A DNA stretch of 40,723 bases. It comes from Acidobacteriota bacterium. GTDB taxonomy: Bacteria; Acidobacteriota; Vicinamibacteria; Vicinamibacterales; Fen-181. This document shows positions 9,554 to 16,075 of the stretch, piece after piece. Under the pieces are notes generated by a model that had not been told where the DNA came from, did not search any database, and worked only from the letters and a program-made list of their open reading frames with translations. The first letter of the stretch is position 1. The number at the start of each line of letters is the position of its first letter. The translations under genes were made by a program, and so were the position numbers. The stretch is taken from the NCBI GenBank assembly GCA_021779795.1, contig JAJXZZ010000001.1, positions 1-40,723 on the forward strand, in the 5' to 3' direction.

Positions 9554-11140
9554 CTACGCGCCGCGCTCCTCGGCGGCCCCGGGATCGGGCGCCCCGGGCA
9601 GGTCGATCGTGAACACCGATCCGACGCCGACCTCGCTCCTGGCCGAGATCGTGCCGCCGTGGCCGGCCAGCACGTCGCGCGTGATGCTCAGGCCGAGGCC
9701 CGTGCCGCGGCCGGCCTGCTTGGTGGTCACCCACGGCTCGAAGATCCGCGGCAGCAGGTCGGGGGCGATCCCCGTCCCGGTGTCGGCCACCTCGATCCGG
9801 GCGCGGCCGTGGCCGCCCGGCGCGAGCGAGATGGTGATCGCGCCGCCCGCCGGCATGGCGTCGAGGCTGTTGGTGACGAGGTTGAGCAGCGCCAGCTCGA
9901 GCTGCACGGGGTCGGCCATGACCGCCGGCGCGTCGGCAATCTCGAGGTCGAGCCTGACGCCGACGGCGTCGAGCTTGGGGCGCGCGACGTCGCACACGCG
10001 CCGCAGCAGCTCGGCCAGGTCGGTGCGCTCCTTCGGCATCGGCCGCCGGGCGTGGTCGAGCATCGCCCGCACGACCGAGGTGACCTTGGCGATCTGCTCC
10101 TGCACGATCTCGAGCCGCCGCCCGGCGCGGGGGCCGGTGTCCTCGTCCTCGCGGATCATCTGCACGTAGCCCGAGATGAGGTTCAGCGGCGTGCCGACCT
10201 GGTGGGCCACGCTGGCGGCCATCTGGCCGACGGCCGCCATCTGCTCGGCGCGCGCCAGCGCCTCGCGCAGCGCGAACACGCGCCCGTAGCTGTCCACGAG
10301 CTGCTCGTTCTTGGCGCGCAGCTCCGACGTGGCGTCCCCGATGCGCTCCTGCAGGGAGGCGTTGACCTCCTGCAGCTCGGCGAGCATCTCGTTGAGGCCG
10401 CGGGCCACGGCGCCGATCTCGTCCTCGCGCAGCACCGGCGCGCGGACGGCGAGGTCCCGCGCCTGGGCGCGCTGCATCGTCCTGCGGATCGCGCCGATCG
10501 GCTGGTGCACCAGCCGCCGCATCAGCAGATCGACCGCGACGGTCATCAGGATGACGGCCGCCGGCACGAACCAGAGCACGACGCTCCGGCCCTGGCGGCG
10601 CAGCTCCTGGACCGATCCGAGCGAGTAGGCCACGACCACCGCGCCCCAGACCCGCCCGTCGCGCTTGACCGGCACGCCCACCAGCCTGATCCACTGGCGC
10701 GGCGCCGACGTCACCACGTCGTTGCGCGCGCTCGCCGCGCGCGCCAGCGCCAGCGAGTCCCGGCCTTCCGTCGACGAGGTGCTCGCCACGACCGCCGGCG
10801 TGTCGTTGTCCACGCTGGCCAGCAGGATCGAGCGGATCGACGGCACGGCGTTGGCGAACTCGCGCAGCATGTCGTTCAGGTCGCCGCGGCGCGCCGGCTC
10901 GTCGCCGATCTCGATGTCGTCCGCCACGGCCTGGCCGGTCGACTGGGCCTCGTCCAGCAGGTCGGCCGTGATCGTCACCTCGAACACCCGCAGTTCCCAG
11001 TAGCCCGCCGCGCCGATGACGCTCGACAGGACGAGGGCCACGAGCAGGGGAAGCCGCACGCGCAGCGACACGAACAAGTTCGCCACGCTGGGGCGCGATT
11101 GCCGGGGAGCCGCCTGGAGTTCAGGTCCGGGAGTCGTCAT
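9554..11140 (-). CDS. sensor histidine kinase (two TM segments, extracytoplasmic sensor, HAMP, HisKA, HATPase_c)
   Basis: Start trimmed to ATG 11140 (MTTPGPELQ...), in frame with track ORF 9554..11722. TM helices LPLLVALVLSSVIGAAGYW and VVLWFVPAAVILMTVAVDLLM, H-box ASVAHQVGTPLNLISGY and G-box GTGLGLSITRDV. The stop lies 14 nt upstream of the regulator start, so the two genes form an operon. Confidence 0.9.
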   Translation of the reverse strand: MTTPGPELQAAPRQSRPSVANLFVSLRVRLPLLVALVLSSVIGAAGYWELRVFEVTITADLLDEAQSTGQAVADDIEIGDEPARRGDLNDMLREFANAVPSIRSILLASVDNDTPAVVASTSSTEGRDSLALARAASARNDVVTSAPRQWIRLVGVPVKRDGRVWGAVVVAYSLGSVQELRRQGRSVVLWFVPAAVILMTVAVDLLMRRLVHQPIGAIRRTMQRAQARDLAVRAPVLREDEIGAVARGLNEMLAELQEVNASLQERIGDATSELRAKNEQLVDSYGRVFALREALARAEQMAAVGQMAASVAHQVGTPLNLISGYVQMIREDEDTGPRAGRRLEIVQEQIAKVTSVVRAMLDHARRPMPKERTDLAELLRRVCDVARPKLDAVGVRLDLEIADAPAVMADPVQLELALLNLVTNSLDAMPAGGAITISLAPGGHGRARIEVADTGTGIAPDLLPRIFEPWVTTKQAGRGTGLGLSITRDVLAGHGGTISARSEVGVGSVFTIDLPGAPDPGAAEERGA

Positions 11141-11193
11141 GTAAGTCCCGTGGCAAGAATAATTTACAACATCGTCGGCGCCCGTGGCCAGCC

Positions 11194-11209
11194 TGGTACG
11201 TGCTTTGTG
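11194..11209 (+). promoter_or_regulatory. sigma54-like -24/-12 element (degenerate)
   Basis: TGGTACG-tgct-TTGTG compared with the consensus TGGCACG-N4-TTGCW. GG and the TTG are at correct spacing, but C is replaced by T at both the -24 C and the -12 C. It lies 73 nt upstream of the small secreted-protein gene and is divergent from the kinase/NtrC-type operon. Confidence 0.25.
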
Positions 11210-11281
11210 AGTGCAAACCTCGTCGCCGCGCGGTCGCGCGGCCGGAACCAACGACTCGCTTCCATCCCTGGAGGATTTCGC

Positions 11282-11698
11282 ATGCGCCGTGTTGTCACCG
11301 CTCTCACCGTCGTCGTCGCCGTGGCCGCGTTCGGCTCGCTGGCCCTCGCGCAGACGCCGGCCGCCAAGACTGCCGCCAAGGCCCACACCGCGGTCGTGAA
11401 GACCGTCAAGACCGCCAAGACGATGTCGGCCATCGGCACCGTCGCGTCGTTCGACGAAGCGACCCGGATGCTGATGCTCAAGACCAGGGCGGGCGAGAAG
11501 GCGTTCACGCTCACCCCCGACGCCAAGCTGATGGCCGGCGCCAAGGCCGCCATGACGGCCGACCTGGTGGGCAAGCACGCCAAGGTGACCTACACCGAGG
11601 TGGAGGGCAAGAACGTCGCGTCGCACGTGGCCGTGGCGGTCGCGAGGAAGACCGAGGCGAAGAAGGCCGAGACGAAAGAACCGGCCGCCAAGAAGTAG
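11282..11698 (+). CDS. small secreted Lys/Ala-rich protein, function unknown
   Basis: C-terminal part of track ORF 9659..11698, starting at ATG 11282. Clear signal peptide MRRVVTALTVVVAVAAFGSLALAQ, followed by a mature domain of about 115 aa with a KKAETKEPAAKK tail. Confidence 0.7.
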   Translation: MRRVVTALTVVVAVAAFGSLALAQTPAAKTAAKAHTAVVKTVKTAKTMSAIGTVASFDEATRMLMLKTRAGEKAFTLTPDAKLMAGAKAAMTADLVGKHAKVTYTEVEGKNVASHVAVAVARKTEAKKAETKEPAAKK

Positions 11699-11860
11699 CC
11701 TGGCCCGATCCTGTCGTTCCACGGTCCTCGGGCCGGCCTCCGGAGAGGATGCCAGCCGGCCTCCGCCAGGCGGCGGGGGCCGGCCGCTCGTTCCCGCCCG
11801 GGACGACGCACTCGAGGCCCCCTCCCGCCGAAGGGGCGCGCCCGGCGTGCCCCCCGCATT

Positions 11861-11871
11861 TGTGCTAGATT
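11861..11871 (+). promoter_or_regulatory. extended -10 promoter TGTGCTAGATT; probably a leaderless transcript of the ACT gene
   Basis: TG-C-TAGATT ends 6 nt before the ATG at 11878 and no Shine-Dalgarno is present. The same TGTGCTAGA core recurs at 15991. Confidence 0.35.
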
Positions 11872-11877
11872 TCCTGA

Positions 11878-12261
11878 ATGGCCATTCGCACCGAACTCAC
11901 GCTTCGCCTGCAGAACAGCCCGGGCATGCTCGCCAAGGTCTGCCAGGCGATCGCCGAGGAACACATCAACATCGTCGCCATCAACCTGGCGACCCCCCTG
12001 ATGGTGCGGATCCTCGTGGACAACCCGACGCACGCGGCGGGCGTCCTGCGCGGGCGGCACTACCACGTCGAGGAGCGCGACGTGATCTACACGACGGCGC
12101 CGAACGACCCGGGCGCGCTGCTGCGCGTCACGCGCCTCATCGCCGAGGCGGGCATCAACATGGAGTATCTCTACGCGACGGCCATCGAGGGACAGGCGAT
12201 GGCGAGCGTGGTGGTGGGGGTGCCGGACGCGGAGCGCGCGGCGACGGCCGCGGGGTTGTGA
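11878..12261 (+). CDS. ACT domain-containing protein (tandem ACT-like halves)
   Basis: 127-aa track ORF. There are two beta-alpha-beta-beta-alpha-beta-like halves with GMLAKVCQAIAEEHINIVAINL and GALLRVTRLIAEAGINMEYLYA, typical of stand-alone ACT proteins. Confidence 0.75.
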   Translation: MAIRTELTLRLQNSPGMLAKVCQAIAEEHINIVAINLATPLMVRILVDNPTHAAGVLRGRHYHVEERDVIYTTAPNDPGALLRVTRLIAEAGINMEYLYATAIEGQAMASVVVGVPDAERAATAAGL

Positions 12262-12264
12262 GCG

Positions 12265-12294
12265 GAAGGCCGGCCCTCGACGGGGCCGGCCTTC
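12265..12294. terminator. perfect 12-bp GC hairpin between convergent ACT and OmpA genes (bidirectional terminator candidate)
   Basis: GAAGGCCGGCCC (12265-12276), loop tcgacg, GGGCCGGCCTTC (12283-12294). No U-tract. Confidence 0.5.
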
Positions 12295-12315
12295 GCCCAG
12301 AGACGATCGTGCGGC

Positions 12316-12978
12316 CTACTTCAGCACGTTGATGACGACGCGCCGGTTCTGCGCGCGGCCGTCGCGGGTCGTGTTCGGCGCAACCGGGTTCTCGGCGCCG
12401 TAGCTGTAGACGCTCATCCGGAACAGCGGGATGTGGTGCTGCTGGTAGATGTAGTTCCGGACGGCCTCGGCGCGCTCGAGCCCCAGCTTCTGGTTGTAGG
12501 CGGCGGACCCGACGTTGTCGGTGTAGCCGTCGATCTCGAGGTAGTTGCCCTCCGGGTTGGAGAGCAGCTGCTGGATGAACTGGTCGATCTTGGCCTTCGC
12601 CGCGTCGGGCAGGACCGCGGAGTTGAACTTGAAGTTCCCCTGGTCCTCGCTGAGCGTCACCTGGTAGAGGATCCGCTTCGACGCCTTGTCGAGCGCGTCG
12701 GCCTTGTTCATCGCGGTGTCGGCCGTCGTGCGGGCACCGGTCGCGGCCGTGTTGGCCGCCGCTGCGCGCTGGTCGACCTGGGCGATCTTCTGGTTCGCCT
12801 CGTTGATCGCGGCGGTGTTCTGCTTGGTCTGCTGCTGGGTCTCCTCGAGCGACTTGGAAACCGCCTCGACCTTGTCGTTGACCTCGCCCACGCGCTGCTT
12901 GACGAAGTTCTTCGTCGCGCACGCGGTGGACCCGGCTGCCAGCGCGGCCATGGAAACGGCCACAACGAACATTCTCAT
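12316..12978 (-). CDS. OmpA-family lipoprotein with an N-terminal coiled-coil region
   Basis: Start trimmed to ATG 12978 (MRMFVVAVSMAALAAGSTAC, a lipobox), with AAGGAGG 6 nt upstream. Gln/Ala/Lys/Asn-rich helical region. The C-terminal OmpA_C domain carries EIDGYTDNVGSAAYNQKLGLERAEAV and RAQNRRVVINV. Confidence 0.9.
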   Translation of the reverse strand: MRMFVVAVSMAALAAGSTACATKNFVKQRVGEVNDKVEAVSKSLEETQQQTKQNTAAINEANQKIAQVDQRAAAANTAATGARTTADTAMNKADALDKASKRILYQVTLSEDQGNFKFNSAVLPDAAKAKIDQFIQQLLSNPEGNYLEIDGYTDNVGSAAYNQKLGLERAEAVRNYIYQQHHIPLFRMSVYSYGAENPVAPNTTRDGRAQNRRVVINVLK

Positions 12979-12991
12979 AACCTGCCTCCTT

Positions 12992-13969
12992 TTAGTGCTC
13001 ACGGTCGTCTTGTGTAAGAGTAACCTGTCGAGCCTGTCCTGCAAAGTAGCCGCTTCGCGAACGCACCTGCAGGCGGCGGTCGTCGGTCCGCACCTCGAGC
13101 TGGTGCCAGCCGGGCCTGAAGCCCGGCTCGAAGGCGATGAGGTACTGGTGCCGCAGCTCGGCCACCATCTCCCGCACCGCCGCGGCCGACTCGTCCGGCA
13201 CGCTCGCGATGAAGCTCCGGCCGCCCGTCCACCGGGCCAGGTCGGCCAGGTTGCCGACCGGAACCGGGTGCGCCGTCTTGACGGCCGTGGCGGCGCCGGG
13301 CCGGTCGAGCGGCGACATCACCGCCACGATGTACACCGGCACGTCGATCGACGAGGCGATGCCCGACACCTGGGCCGGCGTGAGCCGGCTGTTGTTGTCG
13401 AGGCCGTCGGTGAAGACGATCACCGCCCGGTGGGCGTTGGGCCGGGCGGCCACGTCCCTGGCGGTCGCGGCGATCGCGTCGTTCAGCGACGTCATGCCGT
13501 AGGGCTTGATGCCGACGAGCGAGCGCTCGAACGCCGCATCCTGCCGGTAGATTTCGAACGGCTGGACCTGGTGGAGCTCGGTGTCGAACGAGTACACGGC
13601 CAGTTCGTCGCGCCCGGCCTGGAGCGTCCAGAGGAAGCTGCGGGCGATGGCGCGCGCCCGGTCGAGCTTTGAGGCCAACTGCATGCTGCCGCTCGCGTCG
13701 AACAGGAGCGCCACGCTCACCGGCGCCTCCTCGGCCCGGAACTCCTTGATCGGGCGCCAGGCCCCCCCATCGACGACGTAGAAATCGCTGCGCTTGAGGT
13801 TGGTCACGACCTTGCCGTGCTGGTCGCGAACGACGGCGCTCACCGTGACCAGGTCCACGCCAGACCTGAACGTGAGCGTGCCAGACCCCGACCCGTCGGG
13901 GACCTGCCCCGCAGCCGTGTGGCTCGACAACCACAGGAGCACGATCAGGCCGGCAGTCAGGCGGCGCAT
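12992..13969 (-). CDS. VWA domain-containing protein (acidobacterial VWFA-related type)
   Basis: Signal peptide MRRLTAGLIVLLWLSSHTAAGQ. N-terminal domain LTFRSGVDLVTVSAVVRDQHGKVVTNLKRSDFYV, followed by VWA MIDAS-like LLFDASGSM. Start chosen at ATG 13969; GTG 14017 and ATG 13990 are alternatives. The stop lies 13 nt upstream of the OmpA gene start, so the two genes form an operon. Confidence 0.85.
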   Translation of the reverse strand: MRRLTAGLIVLLWLSSHTAAGQVPDGSGSGTLTFRSGVDLVTVSAVVRDQHGKVVTNLKRSDFYVVDGGAWRPIKEFRAEEAPVSVALLFDASGSMQLASKLDRARAIARSFLWTLQAGRDELAVYSFDTELHQVQPFEIYRQDAAFERSLVGIKPYGMTSLNDAIAATARDVAARPNAHRAVIVFTDGLDNNSRLTPAQVSGIASSIDVPVYIVAVMSPLDRPGAATAVKTAHPVPVGNLADLARWTGGRSFIASVPDESAAAVREMVAELRHQYLIAFEPGFRPGWHQLEVRTDDRRLQVRSRSGYFAGQARQVTLTQDDREH

Positions 13970-13978
13970 ACGCTGAAA

Positions 13979-13999
13979 GCTATACCACATCCCGTGCCA
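13979..13999 (-). promoter_or_regulatory. promoter-like element upstream of the VWA gene: extended -10 TGGTATAGC overlapping a TGGCACG hexamer
   Basis: The minus strand reads TGGCACGGGATGTGGTATAGC. TATAGC ends 9 nt before ATG 13969 and there is no SD. TGGCACG resembles a sigma54 -24 box, but the -12 position reads GTGG rather than TTGC. Confidence 0.25.
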
Positions 14000-14168
14000 G
14001 TTGCCTAAGCCATTCACAAAAAGTCACTTAGCGATTAGCGACGCCCCTGGGCCAGCCTGTGGGGATACCGATCGTGTAACTATTACGCTCCAATTCGTCT
14101 CCCCTTCCCTTCGCGACTCGCCGCCGTTCCATGCACAAGATGGTGTCACGACCGTGTCAGCGGAGCGA

Positions 14169-14184
14169 TGGCACAACTCTTGTT
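14169..14184 (+). promoter_or_regulatory. sigma54-like -24/-12 element upstream of the small membrane-protein gene
   Basis: TGGCACA-actc-TTGTT compared with TGGCACG-N4-TTGCW. The only core mismatch is the -12 C replaced by T. It lies 56 nt upstream of ATG 14240, in a lower-GC divergent region. Confidence 0.3.
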
Positions 14185-14239
14185 GTTCCAACGCTTTGAA
14201 GGCTCAAATCGGCCATTAAGTCAGCCGATGAGGTGACCA

Positions 14240-14575
14240 ATGGCATCTTGGCGCTGGATATTCAACCGATCCGCTGACTCTCGTTTCGGCGATGCCGTCG
14301 TGCTGGCGTTCGTCACCGTCCAGGCACTCGACGGCGTGCTGACATACGTCGGCGTCGCGATGGTCGGCCACGTGACCGAGGGCAACCCGCTTGTCGCGAG
14401 CCTGATGCAGGCCCTCGGTCCTGCCGCCGGGCTCATGTCCGCCAAGCTCGGCGCCTGCACGCTGGGCGGCATCCTGCACCTGACCGGCACGCATCGGCTC
14501 ATCGCCGTGCTGACGGCCATCTACGTCGCGGCCGCCATCCTGCCGTGGACGGCCGTCCTCGCGGCGGCCAACTAG
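14240..14575 (+). CDS. small integral membrane protein (DUF5658-like)
   Basis: 111-aa track ORF with GAGGTG 5 nt upstream. It has 3-4 hydrophobic helices and the motif DGVLTYVG...EGNPL. Confidence 0.6.
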   Translation: MASWRWIFNRSADSRFGDAVVLAFVTVQALDGVLTYVGVAMVGHVTEGNPLVASLMQALGPAAGLMSAKLGACTLGGILHLTGTHRLIAVLTAIYVAAAILPWTAVLAAAN

Positions 14576-14675
14576 CGGCCGGGCGGCGCCCGCCATCGGG
14601 CCTCCCGGCACGGCGCCGCCAGGCAAGAGCCCAGATCAGATCATCGACCTGACGGGCGCCCGGCTGTATGCCGCC

Positions 14676-15857
14676 TCACACGATCCCCAGCTCCTTGCCG
14701 ACGCGCTCGAGCGTGTCCACCGCGTACTGCAGCTCGTCCTTCGCGTGCCCGGCCGTCACGATCGTCCTGACGCGCGCCTTCCCCTTCGGCACGATCGGGA
14801 AGCCCATCCCCTGCGCGAAGACCCCCTCCTCGAACAGCCGCGCCGAGAACCGCTGCGCCAGCGCGGCGTCGCCGACGATGACCGGCGTGATCGGGCCTTC
14901 GCTGGCGCCGGTGTCGAAGCCCGTGGCGCGCAGGCCGGCCTTGAAGAACCGGGTGTTCTCCCAGAGGCGCTCGATGATGTCCGGCTCCTCGAGCAGCACG
15001 TCGAGGGCGGCGATCGAGGCGGCCATCACGGCCGGCGTGTGCGAGGTCGAGAAGATGAAAGGGCGCGCGCGCTGGCGGAGGTAGTCGATGAGCGTCCGGC
15101 TCCCGGCCACGTAGCCGCCGAGCGTGCCGATGGCCTTCGACAGCGTCCCCACCTGGACGTGCACGCGCCCGTGCATGCCGAAGTGGTCCACCGTGCCCCG
15201 CCCGTTCCGCCCGAACACGCCGCTCGCGTGGGCGTCGTCCACCATCATGATCGCGCCCGACTCCTCGGCGATCTCGCAGAGCGCCGCCACCGGGCCGAGG
15301 TCGCCGTCCATGCTGAACACGCCGTCGGTGATGAGCAGCTTGCGCTGTCCGGCCGGCAGGGCGCGCAGGATCGCGCGGGCCGCGCCGACGTCCTTGTGCG
15401 GGAACACCTTGATCGCCGCCCGGCTGAGCCGGCACCCGTCGATGATGCTGGCGTGGTTCAGCTCGTCGGAGACGACCACGTCCTCGCGCGTGAGGATCGA
15501 CGACACCGTCCCGGCGTTGGCCGTGAAGCCGCTCTGGAAGACCACGGCGGCCTCGGTCTGCTTGAACGCCGCCAGGCGCCGCTCGAGCTCCTCGTGCAGG
15601 TCCATCGTGCCGGCGATCGGGCGGACCGACCCGGTGCCGACGCCGTATCGCTCGACGGCCTCGAGCGCGCGGGCCTTGAGCTTCGGGTGCGTCGTGAGGC
15701 CGAGGTAGTTGTTGGACGAGAGGTTGACGACGCTTCGCCCGTCGAAGATGGCGCGCCCGCCCTGGGGCCCGCCGAGGACGCGGATGTCGAGGGCGGCGCC
15801 CTGCTCGCGCAGCGACTGCAGCTCGGCACCGAGGTAGCGCAGGGGATCGAAAGACAT
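14676..15857 (-). CDS. kbl: glycine C-acetyltransferase (2-amino-3-ketobutyrate CoA ligase), alpha-oxoamine synthase family
   Basis: Start trimmed to ATG 15857 (MSFDPLRYL); the longer track ORF N-terminus is translation of the heptamer array. Near-colinear with Kbl motifs: NNYLGL, VRPIAGT, SDELNHASIIDGCRL, DGVFSMDGD, VDDAHASGVFGRNGRG, PLP lysine in GTLSKAIG, PIVPKGKARVRT. 393 aa. Confidence 0.88.
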   Translation of the reverse strand: MSFDPLRYLGAELQSLREQGAALDIRVLGGPQGGRAIFDGRSVVNLSSNNYLGLTTHPKLKARALEAVERYGVGTGSVRPIAGTMDLHEELERRLAAFKQTEAAVVFQSGFTANAGTVSSILTREDVVVSDELNHASIIDGCRLSRAAIKVFPHKDVGAARAILRALPAGQRKLLITDGVFSMDGDLGPVAALCEIAEESGAIMMVDDAHASGVFGRNGRGTVDHFGMHGRVHVQVGTLSKAIGTLGGYVAGSRTLIDYLRQRARPFIFSTSHTPAVMAASIAALDVLLEEPDIIERLWENTRFFKAGLRATGFDTGASEGPITPVIVGDAALAQRFSARLFEEGVFAQGMGFPIVPKGKARVRTIVTAGHAKDELQYAVDTLERVGKELGIV

Positions 15858-15865
15858 CGTGGGCG

Positions 15866-15871
15866 AGTATA
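15866..15871 (-). promoter_or_regulatory. -10-like TATACT 8 nt upstream of the kbl ATG (leaderless-type arrangement)
   Basis: The minus strand reads cgcTATACTcgcccacgATG, with no SD. Confidence 0.3.
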
Positions 15872-15901
15872 GCGGGGAACCGTTCGCCGGCTCCAGCGCC
15901 A

Positions 15902-15985
15902 TGAGCCCTGAGCCCGGAGCCTTGAGCCCTGAGCCTTTTTCCCTGAGCCCTCTTCCCTGAGCCTTGAGCCTTGAGCCTTGAGCCT
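15902..15985. repeat. 12-unit heptanucleotide tandem array (TGAGCCY family) in the kbl / ligase divergent region
   Basis: Parses without indels as TGAGCCC TGAGCCC GGAGCCT TGAGCCC TGAGCCT TTTTCCC TGAGCCC TCTTCCC TGAGCCT TGAGCCT TGAGCCT TGAGCCT. Confidence 0.9.
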
Positions 15986-15990
15986 TTTGC

Positions 15991-16001
15991 TGTGCTAGAC
16001 T
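15991..16001 (+). promoter_or_regulatory. extended -10 promoter TGTGCTAGACT for the ligase/carrier operon
   Basis: It has the same TGTGCTAGA core as at 11861. TTGAGC (-35-like) hexamers from the heptamer array lie upstream. The ATG is at 16076. Confidence 0.35.
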
Positions 16002-16075
16002 GCCGCGACGGTCGTCCCTTGCAGCCCCCACGGTTTGGCGGTTCTGTCTTCGTCGGGGAAACCCTGGAGGCGTGT

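Noticed and set aside
14001-14219. 72-aa track ORF in the lower-GC divergent region.
   Set aside because: It has no SD, odd composition and no motif. The region is better explained as shared promoter/regulatory DNA.
15902-15985. CRISPR array or coding low-complexity region (the track translates it as KAQGSRLKAQG...).
   Set aside because: The units are 7 nt with no spacers, so this is not a CRISPR array. A period of 7 is not a multiple of 3, and the region lies upstream of well-supported start codons on both strands.
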